DNA of 64,000 bases from Promethearchaeota archaeon (GCA_030599585.1 JAUVNS010000015.1:32001-96000); one strand, 5' to 3'; shown: positions 9,958-20,410, numbered from the stretch's first letter. Numbers and translations are program-made. Notes: a model not told the origin generated them from the sequence alone.

Positions 9958-10773
9958 TTATATGTATAATGACTTTCTCTTATCCTCAGTATCAACAAAC
10001 TGAAATGTATTAAGATCTTTCTCTAATTGGTCTCTTTTGTCTTGTAGATTTTTAGTTATATTCTCTATATTATCAAGTGAATATTTCTTTTTAATTGGTA
10101 AAGTGAACGATTTCTTTAACATCTCCAAAAGTGTTATTGACGCCTTTAAATCAGTTATATCTTCATTTACCATAGCGATGTTATCTGTTTCTGCTAAAAG
10201 AACTATTCCGTCTAAATCAAACCGGGCTTTTGCTAGTGTAGGGATTAACCCATTAGCACCAATAATTACTCCTTTTTGAATCTTATCACAATTGGTTTTA
10301 GCAATAAAATTTTCTAACAACTCTCGGTTTGTCGAACTTGCATATATTTTTGGAATTTTTGTATTGATTTTGCGACTATTTATTGGATATGCTCCTAAGG
10401 CTATTATCAATTTAATTTTACATTGAAATATAATTTCCGCAAGGAAATTTGAAATTCTATAGATACCTTTAGGTGTTAAACTCTGAGCGTCCGCAGTAAT
10501 TAAAAAAATATCTCTTTTTTGTTCAGGATCTTTCCAAAATAAAATCTCTGCTTTAGGAGCGGACAACATACTATCGTCCACTATAGCTCCTGCTGGATAA
10601 TCATCAAATATAAAATCCATTAAGTTTTTAGCGTCTAATTGTCCTATTAAAGAATCAATCGCAAATTTTCCTACATCGGCTATTCCTGGCATACCTAAAA
10701 TACATATTGGATCGTTAAAATCCTCCTCGTTAAAATCAAAATGTTTAATAATTCTTATCCCAGACTCTGTCAT
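9958..10773 (-). CDS. PAC2-family proteasome assembly chaperone
   Basis: GMPGIADVG, ITADAQ, IIALGAY, IIGANGL, LLAET. Confidence 0.85.
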   Translation of the reverse strand: MTESGIRIIKHFDFNEEDFNDPICILGMPGIADVGKFAIDSLIGQLDAKNLMDFIFDDYPAGAIVDDSMLSAPKAEILFWKDPEQKRDIFLITADAQSLTPKGIYRISNFLAEIIFQCKIKLIIALGAYPINSRKINTKIPKIYASSTNRELLENFIAKTNCDKIQKGVIIGANGLIPTLAKARFDLDGIVLLAETDNIAMVNEDITDLKASITLLEMLKKSFTLPIKKKYSLDNIENITKNLQDKRDQLEKDLNTFQFVDTEDKRKSLYI

Positions 10774-10973
10774 TTTTTTTAGCTTAACTATTATTTTATG
10801 ATATAATAAGAGTCATAATTAAGTCTTTAAAATCAATGTGTTATCCTAATAGACACAAGATTTACCGTAATAGTAATACATTCATAATATCACAAAAATT
10901 TTATTTTCTGAAGTATCATTAGATATATCGGATTTTGTACCGACAATATTTAATTTTTTTTAATCATTTAGAA

Positions 10974-11567
10974 GTGACCGAGCTAAATTATGCATGTCTG
11001 AAATGCGGGGCATGTTGCCACGAAATTGAATACAAAAAAAGAATCCCCTTGTATCCTGAAGAGGCGAATATCTTAATCGAGATAGCAAAAAAACGAGGAA
11101 TTGCTTTAAAGATTATAGAAGACTTAGTTTTTCCTGATATTTTAAATAAAAAAATTTTAATTGTAACATACAAAATATTATTTGACAAAAAAATAAATGG
11201 ATGCCCTTTCTACGATAACAATTATGGTTGTACAGTTCACGATACAAAACCCTTAGCATGTAAAGCATATCCTTTAGCTTTAAAACAAGTAGATGCTTTT
11301 AATTTTCAAATTAGCGTTGATCCCTTATGCCATTATGTAATTAAGCACTATGATCTAATAAAAAATGCTAGTTTCTCGACTATGAAAGAAATTTTTAAAA
11401 ACGAATATCCAAATGCACAAAACCATTTAACAAAAAATAAAAATTTAATGCTGAAAATTAAGCAACTTGAATTTGAAAAAAAAATTAAGATTTCTAGACA
11501 AATAAGTTTAAAGGATTTCAATACATATTTGAAAGAATGGGAAAGGGAAGAATTAACTACGAATTAA
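10974..11567 (+). CDS. YkgJ-family cysteine cluster protein
   Basis: CLKCGACC, CPF..CTVHDTKPLACKAYP; start moved to GTG 10974. Confidence 0.8.
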   Translation: MTELNYACLKCGACCHEIEYKKRIPLYPEEANILIEIAKKRGIALKIIEDLVFPDILNKKILIVTYKILFDKKINGCPFYDNNYGCTVHDTKPLACKAYPLALKQVDAFNFQISVDPLCHYVIKHYDLIKNASFSTMKEIFKNEYPNAQNHLTKNKNLMLKIKQLEFEKKIKISRQISLKDFNTYLKEWEREELTTN

Positions 11568-12217
11568 TGATTGATTCTATTATGAAAAAATTTATATCTT
11601 TACTCTCAGGTGGTTTGGATAGCCCAATCGCAGCATACTTAATGATTAAAAAAGGATTTACTCCTACTTTTCTCTCGTTTTTAACTTCAGACGATTACGA
11701 AGGTTCTATGAAAAATAAAGTTATTAAAATTGTAAGAATCTTATCAAAGTTTACAAACGATGAATTGAAAATATTATTCATTAACCACGACAATAACTTA
11801 GACGCTTTTAAAGAATTTTGTGACAGAAAATTAACATGTGTTTTATGTAAGCGATTAATGTTAAGAATAGCTAAGAAATTAGGAGAATTAAATCAAACAA
11901 ATATCATAGTTACTGGTGACATTTTAGGAGAACAAGCAAGTCAAACTCTCGACAATTTATACGCCTATAACAATATTATCTCTGGTTGTGTAATGTTAAG
12001 GCCATTAATAGGATGCGATAAACAAGAAGTAATAGATTTAAACAAGCAAATAGGGTCCTATAATGCCTCTTCAGAATCCTCAGCAGGATGCACTTTTAAC
12101 CCTCAATACCCTGAAACTCATGCGAAACTTGGCGAAGTCCTCAATTCAGAAAAAAAAGTAAATATTGAGGAGCTGATTATGAAATCGATTAAGAATGCAG
12201 AGATTTTAAAATTTTAA
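11567..12217 (+). CDS. ThiI-like PP-loop tRNA sulfurtransferase (catalytic domain only)
   Basis: LLSGGLDSPIAA, CVLCKR, TGDILGEQASQTL, RPLIG; no THUMP domain. Confidence 0.82.
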   Translation: MIDSIMKKFISLLSGGLDSPIAAYLMIKKGFTPTFLSFLTSDDYEGSMKNKVIKIVRILSKFTNDELKILFINHDNNLDAFKEFCDRKLTCVLCKRLMLRIAKKLGELNQTNIIVTGDILGEQASQTLDNLYAYNNIISGCVMLRPLIGCDKQEVIDLNKQIGSYNASSESSAGCTFNPQYPETHAKLGEVLNSEKKVNIEELIMKSIKNAEILKF

Positions 12218-12598
12218 ATCTAAATCGTCAATAAATTCATTAAATTCATCATCTTTCAGCTCAGATTCTTTAAAATCAGGCAAAAATTCACAGATTACTT
12301 GAGCTAATAAATGTTTACAAAACGATCTTCTTCTTTGAATCACTACGGATTTATAAAAGTCTTGGCAAGAGCAGTACAATTTTGGATATAACAAATATTC
12401 ATCATTTTCTCCCAAAGCTATCCAAACAACTCTCCTCGAAGGGTTAAAGGTATATTTTGTTATACCTCTTTTTATAACCTTTAAAACCTTGTCGACTTTG
12501 TCAGGAAAATTTGTATCAATGAAATTCAACAATTCTTCATCAATAACGCCTTTCTTTTCAGCCATCAAAGATATATCAAATAATAAATCTTTTGACAT
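12206..12598 (-). CDS. SWIM zinc-finger protein
   Basis: YCSCQDF...CKHLLA. Confidence 0.8.
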   Translation of the reverse strand: MSKDLLFDISLMAEKKGVIDEELLNFIDTNFPDKVDKVLKVIKRGITKYTFNPSRRVVWIALGENDEYLLYPKLYCSCQDFYKSVVIQRRRSFCKHLLAQVICEFLPDFKESELKDDEFNEFIDDLDLKF

Positions 12599-12647
12599 TT
12601 GATCATCATATATTATTTATAATTGATAAATAAAAAGGATCTTAAGA

Positions 12648-13952
12648 TTGAACCATATTTTATATTTTCCAACAAGATATTTCCCCGCTATTTCGGGCGC
12701 AGAATTTTATATCCAAAGTATGGCAGAAATATTAAATTTGAAATACAACTATGATATTCAAGTCTATACTTCCACTGCAATTGACTTTAAAGCTTTAAGA
12801 GAATCAAGGGGGAGAATTATAAAACCAGGGGAAAAATATTACGAAAATGTAAACAAGTTAAAAATTACTCGCTTTCCTGTTAAGTATAACATTTCACAAG
12901 ATGAAAAGCTAACACTCGTAAAAAAAGAAGCATCTTACGAGGGTTTAGAACTATCTGACGAGTGTCTGATTGAGTATTTAAGAAATGGACCCTTCTTGGA
13001 AAAACTCCTTAAAAACATGGTGCGCCCCACTGAGATTTCCTTCGATTTAGTTCATACAAGCTTCTTTCCCTATTTTAATACAATCTTAACTCTGATGTTA
13101 GGAAAACTTACAAATAAACCAACTGTTTGTACTCCCTTTTTTCATTTCTCAAATCCCAGATATCTTAACAAAAACTATTTCGAAGCAATGCACAAGTTTG
13201 ATAAGATAATTGCTTGTACTCATCTTGAAAAGAAAGTATTAATTGAAACAATGGGCATTCCAGAAGAAAAAATAAAAGTTATTTCTATGGGAGTAGATTA
13301 CAAGAAATTTATATTACCAAAGAAGCTAACTCCTAAGAGATTTAATTTTAAACAGAAGTATTTTAAACCAAATGAAAAGAATCACAGAATGGTATTATTC
13401 TGTGGATATAAAAATTATGAGAAAGGAGCAATTTCAATTTTAAAAGCAATTCCTTACATCTTAAAAAAATTTAGAAAAGTGTATTTTGTCTTTATTGGGC
13501 CATCTACTATTGCGTTTAATAGAGAGCTCTCTAAAATTCAGAAAGCTATCCATCCTCGAGTTATTAACTTAACTCCGGATAATTTAACGGGATATTACGA
13601 TGTAAAGAAAATCGCAGCTTTCAACGAAACTGATGTTTTTTTGATGCCAAGCCGAAGTGATGCGTATGGTATTGCTTTTCTAGAAGCTTGGGCTTCTGGT
13701 AAACCCGTTATAGGTGCAAATATTGGGGCGACGCCAGAAGTTATAAGAGATAAAGTTGATGGGTTACTTGTTGAGTTTGACGATTATATTGACATCGCCG
13801 ACAAAGTTGTATTGTTATTAAAAAAGAAGCGATTAAGCAAAAATTTAGGATTAGAAGGTAGAAATAAAGTTCAAGAAAGTCTTTCTTGGGACATAATAGC
13901 TAAGAAAACGCACGAAACATATCAAGAATTAATTTTAAAAGAAGGTGAATAA
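12648..13952 (+). CDS. Glycosyltransferase family 4
   Basis: FPAISGAE; MPSRSDAYGIAFLEAWASGKPVI. Confidence 0.9.
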   Translation: MNHILYFPTRYFPAISGAEFYIQSMAEILNLKYNYDIQVYTSTAIDFKALRESRGRIIKPGEKYYENVNKLKITRFPVKYNISQDEKLTLVKKEASYEGLELSDECLIEYLRNGPFLEKLLKNMVRPTEISFDLVHTSFFPYFNTILTLMLGKLTNKPTVCTPFFHFSNPRYLNKNYFEAMHKFDKIIACTHLEKKVLIETMGIPEEKIKVISMGVDYKKFILPKKLTPKRFNFKQKYFKPNEKNHRMVLFCGYKNYEKGAISILKAIPYILKKFRKVYFVFIGPSTIAFNRELSKIQKAIHPRVINLTPDNLTGYYDVKKIAAFNETDVFLMPSRSDAYGIAFLEAWASGKPVIGANIGATPEVIRDKVDGLLVEFDDYIDIADKVVLLLKKKRLSKNLGLEGRNKVQESLSWDIIAKKTHETYQELILKEGE

Positions 13953-15174
13953 ATTGAAAAAAATATCTGGAAATCCCTATTTAAATAAAAAGGAGGGAGA
14001 ATTATTAATTGACGGCATCCTACTTAATGAAATTTTAAAAACTTATGCAACTCCCTTAATTATTTTTTTAGAAAATAGAGTTAGAAATAATATAAACACC
14101 TTTAATAAAGTCTTTAAATCTGTATTTAACAATTTCCAATGTTTTTATTCTTTCAAGGCTAATTTCCTTCCTGAAATATGCAACATTATTCAATCAGAAG
14201 GCTTAGGTGCTGAATTAATTGGACTACCTGAACTAAAGTTAGCGTTGAAATTACAATTTCCTCCAGATAAGATAATAGTAGGCGGTCCTTATTTGCCACA
14301 AGAGCTTATCGAAAAATGCGTTCAAGAAAAAATCAAAGAAATTGTCGTATATAACATTAATGATTTAATTAAAATCAACGCTATGGCTGAAAGATATCAA
14401 ATGGTTCAAGATATTTGTCTAAGGGTTAATACTCAAAAATATGGAACTAAATTAGGTATTTATTTGAACCAAATAAATGTAAATAAATTAAAAGTAATTA
14501 TTAATGAATGTGAAAACCTTAGAATTACAACCTTATTATCTCATTATTCTACTCAGATGAATAACTTTGATCTTTTTATAAAAAATGCAGAAAACGTTAT
14601 GGATAGTACTAAAATTTTGTTCGATGCTGGAATTAATATCGAAAACATAAATTTGGGAGGAGGATTTCCTGAAGCAGTAATAATGCCAGAAAATCAGTTG
14701 AAAGAGCTAGCTTCAAAAATACATTTCCTTGTAAGTAATTTTGAGATCAGTTTTAAAAACATCTATTTTGAGCCAGGACGTTATCTGGTTGGGGATGCAG
14801 GCTTACTCATTGCTAAAATTATCAAAGTTACTGATGATAGATGGATTTTCTTAAACATAGGTAATCACATCTGTCCTAAATTTTCAAAATCCTCTATGAG
14901 ATTTTATAATGCCACAAGAATTGAGGAACCACATAAATTTAAAACATCAATAGCAGGAATTATTCCTACCGATCAAGATGTGTTAGCTAAAGATTATTTT
15001 TTTACCCACGACCTAAAAGAAGGAGATATGGTGGTTATTACAAATGCAGGAGCCTATAATCTGACCTTTTCTAATCGATTTCCCTATATCCTTCCCAACA
15101 TAATTCTCGTTACAGATACAAATGCTAAAAATATTTTTAATCCCTCAGTAAATCATGATTTTTCTATTAATTAA
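13945..15174 (+). CDS. lysA: Diaminopimelate/ornithine decarboxylase family (group IV PLP enzyme)
   Basis: YSFKAN PLP lysine, INLGGGF, FEPGRYLV, NAGAY; substrate uncertain. Confidence 0.7.
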   Translation: MNKLKKISGNPYLNKKEGELLIDGILLNEILKTYATPLIIFLENRVRNNINTFNKVFKSVFNNFQCFYSFKANFLPEICNIIQSEGLGAELIGLPELKLALKLQFPPDKIIVGGPYLPQELIEKCVQEKIKEIVVYNINDLIKINAMAERYQMVQDICLRVNTQKYGTKLGIYLNQINVNKLKVIINECENLRITTLLSHYSTQMNNFDLFIKNAENVMDSTKILFDAGINIENINLGGGFPEAVIMPENQLKELASKIHFLVSNFEISFKNIYFEPGRYLVGDAGLLIAKIIKVTDDRWIFLNIGNHICPKFSKSSMRFYNATRIEEPHKFKTSIAGIIPTDQDVLAKDYFFTHDLKEGDMVVITNAGAYNLTFSNRFPYILPNIILVTDTNAKNIFNPSVNHDFSIN

Positions 15175-15175
15175 A

Positions 15176-15316
15176 CCTCCGAAAAGAACGTCTATAACTG
15201 TGTTACACGAGCTCGAGTCAGCAAAATTACGCATAACTCTAATCAGAGCAGTGGGTGATGCTACATTAAAATCAAAATCGTTAAATTCAGCAAAAACAAA
15301 TATTAATCAAGAGTAA
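15176..15316 (+). pseudogene. proC: Orphan 3' fragment of proC
   Basis: Translates PPKRTSITVLHELESAKLRITLIRAVGDATLKSKSLNSAKTNINQE*, matching the ProC C-terminus TPGGTTITAIHELESAKIRATLIRAVEAATIKSKSLNSAKANNNR; no start codon. Confidence 0.88.
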
Positions 15317-15360
15317 TTTTCTTTAAGTTATTTTAGAAGTATTTTTGTGATCTGATACAA

Positions 15361-16575
15361 ATGGTAAAATTATCCAAGTTTGGAGAAGATTATTTACAAT
15401 TAGCATTCCGGATTGATAAGCACATTAATGGATATATAGATTTTTATATTGGTCCGGAAAAACTTAGGCATGTTATAAGTAATGAATCCCTAACAGCCCC
15501 AAAAAAATTATTGGATGATTACAAAGATTTGATAAAACAATTAGGATCTCAAGGGTTTAACAAGGAGCGCGAAATATATATAAAAAAAATGCTTATAGCA
15601 ATGAAAACATCTATCGAACTAATTATTGGTACAAAGATTCCTATAAAGGAACAGTTTTTAAAACTTTACGATGTTGCTCTTAAGCCCGTAGATGAGTCAG
15701 AATTTAAGAATTTAAAAGATGAATTTGATAAAGCTTATCCCGGTTTTGGAAGTCTAGAAGAACGAATGAAAAAATATAGAATAAGGCGAAAAGTTCCTGA
15801 GAAAAAAGTATTCGTATTTTTTAAGGAAGCACTTGATCTCGTTAGAAAGCGAACAAAAGAGTTATTTCTAGACATATTGCCAAAAGAAGAAAAAATAATT
15901 TTAGAGTTAGTTAATAACAACGAATCAGACGAAAAAATAAAATGGAATTGTTATAACTGGTATTTAGGCAATTGTACTAGCCGAATCGAGGTAAATCCAA
16001 CTTTTGGTATGTATTGGACGGCTTTTTTAATATATGCCTCTCATGAAGGTTATCCAGGGCATCATACTGAATTTGTCTTAAAGGAGCAAAAGTTATTTCG
16101 GGAACAAAATCAATTCGAACATTCTTTATTAATACTTCATTCACCTAAATTGATAATAACTGAAGGTATTGGGAATATAGCAATTTCCGTACTCTATTCA
16201 AATAAAGAATTAGCAGAAAAAGGCTTAAGTAATTTTTGTTCAGATCCCTCTAAAGATGATCCTCTTGAAGTATTGATAGCACAAAATAATATAAGAGGTA
16301 AAAATTCGCTTTTTTTGTATAATCTAGCTTATCGTGCTCTCATAGATAGATATAATAATGATGAGCTTCTTGATTATGGAACGAGCTTAGAAATTTTTAG
16401 TGAAGAGGAGATCAGAAATCAATTAAAAAGATTATCTAATCCAGTTTATTCTAAGAACGCTTTTATGTATGAACTTGGAAGCAATCTTATTAGGAATAAA
16501 TATGGCGGTGTTCCAAGCATTAAAAATTTTAAAAATTTGCTTATTAATCCAGTTTTGCCTTCTGACTTAATCTAA
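15361..16575 (+). CDS. DUF885-like putative zinc metallopeptidase (copy 2)
   Basis: HEGYPGHH motif; colinear paralogue of 1005..2216. Confidence 0.7.
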   Translation: MVKLSKFGEDYLQLAFRIDKHINGYIDFYIGPEKLRHVISNESLTAPKKLLDDYKDLIKQLGSQGFNKEREIYIKKMLIAMKTSIELIIGTKIPIKEQFLKLYDVALKPVDESEFKNLKDEFDKAYPGFGSLEERMKKYRIRRKVPEKKVFVFFKEALDLVRKRTKELFLDILPKEEKIILELVNNNESDEKIKWNCYNWYLGNCTSRIEVNPTFGMYWTAFLIYASHEGYPGHHTEFVLKEQKLFREQNQFEHSLLILHSPKLIITEGIGNIAISVLYSNKELAEKGLSNFCSDPSKDDPLEVLIAQNNIRGKNSLFLYNLAYRALIDRYNNDELLDYGTSLEIFSEEEIRNQLKRLSNPVYSKNAFMYELGSNLIRNKYGGVPSIKNFKNLLINPVLPSDLI

Positions 16576-16752
16576 TAGATATTTTAGTGTTAATGCAATT
16601 CTTTAATCCCAAAATTTGTCAAAATTAAAATTTTATTGAAGTTTAAATAGGTTTTTGAAACTAATTTAATGAAGGAAGGAAGTAATTTGATTCATTCTTC
16701 ATATTTCAAAGTTTCGATTAAAAACATTTAAGTTCATATAAAGGTGGAAAAA

Positions 16753-16782
16753 ATGCCTGGTAGAGATAATATTCAACCCTAA
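16753..16782 (+). CDS. Candidate micro-peptide MPGRDNIQP (9 aa)
   Basis: ATG CCT GGT AGA GAT AAT ATT CAA CCC TAA, preceded by SD-like AAGGTGG. Confidence 0.6.
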   Translation: MPGRDNIQP

Positions 16783-16954
16783 TTTGGAGCTTTTCATAAA
16801 AATCATTCAATATAATATTTTTATATAAGCCCATATATTTCTTCTTCTTTTTTAATTCGAAATTTATATAACTTTCTTAAATAGTATTATTGAAGGTTCA
16901 TTTATGAATCCACAAATGATAAAAAAACATAGAACTTAACTTGTGTGAAGATAA

Positions 16955-16987
16955 ATGCCTGGTCAACCGGGAACATTTCCTAAATAA
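16955..16987 (+). CDS. Candidate micro-peptide MPGQPGTFPK (10 aa)
   Basis: ATG CCT GGT CAA CCG GGA ACA TTT CCT AAA TAA, preceded by GTGTGA. Confidence 0.55.
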   Translation: MPGQPGTFPK

Positions 16988-17379
16988 AATTTATTTACAA
17001 GTAATATTTTTATCTTTTCTCTTTTTTTTTAACTTTGTCGCCTGTTCGTTGTTTACCCTTAATTTAAATGTTTTGATTTCAAACGCTTCTTTTTCTTTTC
17101 TTTTTTACAGAACGCATAAATAGAGCGTCCTAATTGATTAAAACTCGTTTAAATAACATCTAATTTTGTTAAATCATCTAAGAAATCCTTAGTTTCATCA
17201 AATTTTAAATTTCTCTAATCTGTGTATTTTTTATAAATTTTAATCTCTCAATAAATTATGATTCTTAAATTACGTAAAACCTTACTACATATCTTGTAAG
17301 TAATATGTGAATATCATATTCATTCTAATTTTTTATTTATATTATTTCTATAACGAAAATATAACAACAGTCGTTTTAA

Positions 17380-18492
17380 ATGGAATCTCTAATAAGGAAT
17401 GCTAAAAAAAGAGAAGTAATAAGACCAACCCGAGAAAATTTTGGCTACGCGAATATAAAAATAGTTGGATGCGGGGGAGCCGGTAACAATACTGTCAATC
17501 GATTAATGAAAATAGGAATTCGAGGAGCAAAATGTGTGGCCGTAAATACAGATCTCCAACATTTAGAAAGTGTGGAATCTCATATAAAATTGTTAATTGG
17601 AAAAAATTTAACAAGAGGGTTGGGTGCTGGAGGTAATCCAGATGTAGGAAGAGCTGCTGCTGAAGAGTCTCGTGAAGATTTAACTAAAATACTTAGAGAG
17701 TCTAACTTAGTTTTTATAACATGCGGAGAAGGGGGTGGAACAGGGACTGGTAGTGCACCTATTGTTGCAGAAATAGCTAAACTTGAAGGAGCTATAGTTG
17801 TTGGAGTAGTTACTTTACCCTTTGAAACCGAAATTGGGCGCATTGATAAAGCACAAATCGGTCTTAACGAATTAAAAAAATATGCCGACACTTTAGTAGT
17901 TATAGATAATAACCGTCTTTTAGACATAGCTCCAGACTTGCCCATTATCGAGGCGTTTAGCGTTGCAGACGAAGTATTAGCAACTATGGTCAAAGGAATA
18001 ACTGAAACGATTTCGCTACCATCACTGATTAACTTAGATTTTGCTGATGTTAGAACAATTTTAAGTACTGGAGGCGTAGCAATAGTCGGAGTAGGAGAAT
18101 CTGGTGATAAGAATAACCGCGTAGAAGACGCTATTGAAGACGCTCTCAATTCACCGCTATTAGATGTATCTATTGATGGTGCAAAAGGAGCTCTGATTCA
18201 TATATGTGGGGGAAACGATATGACTTTAGCTGAAGCAAATTCAGTTGCAAAGAAAATATCGGAAAAGATGGATGTAAACAATGCCATGGTTATTTGGGGC
18301 GCACGTGTAAACGATGAATTTGACGGCTACCTTAGAGTTATGCTCCTTATTACAGGCATAAAATCACCACAGATTTTTGGGAAGAAGGTCTCAAGTATTT
18401 CTTCTTTTAATGAAAATATGTTACCTAAGAATCTTAATGAAAGCAAACTTTCTAACGATATCCTTAATATTAGAGAGCTTTCTATTGACTGA
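17380..18492 (+). CDS. ftsZ: Cell division protein FtsZ
   Basis: GCGGAGNN, GEGGGTGTG tubulin signature, NLDFADV. Confidence 0.97.
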   Translation: MESLIRNAKKREVIRPTRENFGYANIKIVGCGGAGNNTVNRLMKIGIRGAKCVAVNTDLQHLESVESHIKLLIGKNLTRGLGAGGNPDVGRAAAEESREDLTKILRESNLVFITCGEGGGTGTGSAPIVAEIAKLEGAIVVGVVTLPFETEIGRIDKAQIGLNELKKYADTLVVIDNNRLLDIAPDLPIIEAFSVADEVLATMVKGITETISLPSLINLDFADVRTILSTGGVAIVGVGESGDKNNRVEDAIEDALNSPLLDVSIDGAKGALIHICGGNDMTLAEANSVAKKISEKMDVNNAMVIWGARVNDEFDGYLRVMLLITGIKSPQIFGKKVSSISSFNENMLPKNLNESKLSNDILNIRELSID

Positions 18493-18538
18493 AAAACTTT
18501 TTCTCCTCCTTTTTAAATCTTCTTCTCTAAACATTTAT

Positions 18539-18898
18539 ATGAACGATAAATACAGTCTAAAAACTCAAAATGAAGTTAATTCAATTTTAGAAAGATTAAG
18601 CCAGTGGAAAAACGTGTTTATTTTTGAAGTGAGGTATTTTTATGAAGGATGGGCGATCTATATGAGAGAGAAGAACATGTATCCAAGACATCTGGTGATA
18701 TTTAAATCGTATTCTAACGATTATTACTCTATTAAAAGTTTTGAAATTCATTTCAGTAAAAAGAAGGAAACTTATCAAGAGCTTTATATTAATGAGAAGA
18801 TTGACACGGTCCAACAGGTGCAATCTGAAATTAAAGAAATTATTTATGGGAAGTATATTTTAGATTCAATTACAAAATTGAATAATGAATCCATTTGA
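18539..18898 (+). CDS. Hypothetical protein
   Basis: 119-aa ORF from ATG 18539; the upstream part of the called ORF overlaps ftsZ. Confidence 0.6.
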   Translation: MNDKYSLKTQNEVNSILERLSQWKNVFIFEVRYFYEGWAIYMREKNMYPRHLVIFKSYSNDYYSIKSFEIHFSKKKETYQELYINEKIDTVQQVQSEIKEIIYGKYILDSITKLNNESI

Positions 18899-18938
18899 AA
18901 CTTCATCGCTCAAATACTTAAATTTGGACGAATTAACT

Positions 18939-19496
18939 TTAAAATTGAGGTTTGTACATTTTTCGAAATTCTTCTCTCTTTTTCTCGTTATATTTGTTTT
19001 CTAAAAATTTCAGTACAGAGTGGTGAGGCATTCCGCTTAACAACATATTTACTGCTTTTCTTGATATTTGTAGATTGTCATAATCAGATATAATCGAAAC
19101 AGTTTTTCCATAAACAGAAACGTAACTCTCAGCAAATCTTTCTATCGCCCTTCTCATCTCTCCATTTCTACCAATAATTCTACCCTTTAATCTTTTTATT
19201 TTCTTCTCAGATTTGCCTAATAAATTGTAAAGATTAAAAACTTCCATGTCAAAAGTCTCATCTAATAATTTCATAGCCTTTACCGGATTAAATCCTCTAT
19301 TGATAGCGTTCAGAATTTTTTCAGCAATAAAAGTATTAAGGGGGCCGTATTTCGGGTGATCAATTAAAGGTCTTACTTCGCAATCTCCAGTTTTGCTGTC
19401 TAAATTAATTTGAATTCCCAATGCGTCTTCAATATCTTTTTTTGTTTCACCGTTTTTTCCGATTAATACAGCAATTCGATTTTGTCCTATTCTCAT
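18939..19496 (-). CDS. KH-domain rRNA-processing protein (Dim2/Pno1)
   Basis: RIAVLIGKNG, AINRGF, GRIIGRNG; adjacent to rio1. Confidence 0.92.
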   Translation of the reverse strand: MRIGQNRIAVLIGKNGETKKDIEDALGIQINLDSKTGDCEVRPLIDHPKYGPLNTFIAEKILNAINRGFNPVKAMKLLDETFDMEVFNLYNLLGKSEKKIKRLKGRIIGRNGEMRRAIERFAESYVSVYGKTVSIISDYDNLQISRKAVNMLLSGMPHHSVLKFLENKYNEKKREEFRKMYKPQF

Positions 19497-19546
19497 ATTT
19501 CTAATTTAAATCATATGTTTTTAACAACATATATTTTTTCATTTAT

Positions 19547-20410
19547 CTATTCTAAGTTTATTACTTCGTAGTAAAAATCTTCTCGATTTGGTACTTCTAC
19601 TCCTATTGTCTCAAAATAATTAAAAATATTTTTGATGTCCCTTACTAATAATATTTCTGCTTTTGGGTGATGTATTGTTACTGCTTGCGATATGTCAATT
19701 ATTACTGGTTTTTGATTGTGGTATAAAATATTAAATTCAGATAAATCTCCATGCACTAAAGCTGCTTTTTGATATAAATTTTTAATAAAATAGAGGACTT
19801 CGCTTAATAAATTAATAGGGTCCTTCGGAAATTTAATATCTTTGAGCTTGGGTGCTGGAATTGAACCAAAACCGATGTAATCCATTATTAAAATATTATT
19901 TTTTATAAAAAGAGGTTCAGGTACATTTAAACCCACTTTGTAAGCTCTTTTTAGATTTTTAAATTCTTTACTCGCCCATAAATATATTATTTTAGAAACA
20001 TTATGCGGTATTCTTTTAAACCTAGGATCTCCGATAATGTAATTTCTCATCCATTTTGAAGTATTTGTATCAATCTTATATATTTTTACTGCGTATTCCT
20101 TATTATTTTGACCGTAAGCAAGATACACATTTGCTTCTTTACCCGCGGAAATTATTCCTTCGATACGGCTTAAAATTCCAGATTTTAATATTTTGCTAAC
20201 TTGTAAATACATTCTTTCATCAAATACCGAATCTACAGTAGCCCTCTTCTTAGTTTGATCTATTTTTTTAACTCGTTTTGAATCAATCTGCTTTTTGACT
20301 AAATTATCTATATTTTTTTCGAAGTCGTCCCCCATAAGGTCGTTATTATCACTATTATCGAGTTCTTCTTCTTCTTCGTTCCACTCCTCTTCGGGTTGAT
20401 TTTTTCCCAA
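19547..20410 (-). CDS. rio1: Rio1 serine/threonine kinase
   Basis: ISAGKEANVY, AVKIY, LVHGDLSEFNIL, IIDISQ. Confidence 0.93.
   Translation of the reverse strand: MGKNQPEEEWNEEEEELDNSDNNDLMGDDFEKNIDNLVKKQIDSKRVKKIDQTKKRATVDSVFDERMYLQVSKILKSGILSRIEGIISAGKEANVYLAYGQNNKEYAVKIYKIDTNTSKWMRNYIIGDPRFKRIPHNVSKIIYLWASKEFKNLKRAYKVGLNVPEPLFIKNNILIMDYIGFGSIPAPKLKDIKFPKDPINLLSEVLYFIKNLYQKAALVHGDLSEFNILYHNQKPVIIDISQAVTIHHPKAEILLVRDIKNIFNYFETIGVEVPNREDFYYEVINLE

Noticed and set aside
17580-18149. 189-aa antisense ORF in ftsZ, and similar antisense ORFs in the 2302-aa gene
   Set aside because: Antisense shadows of well-supported genes
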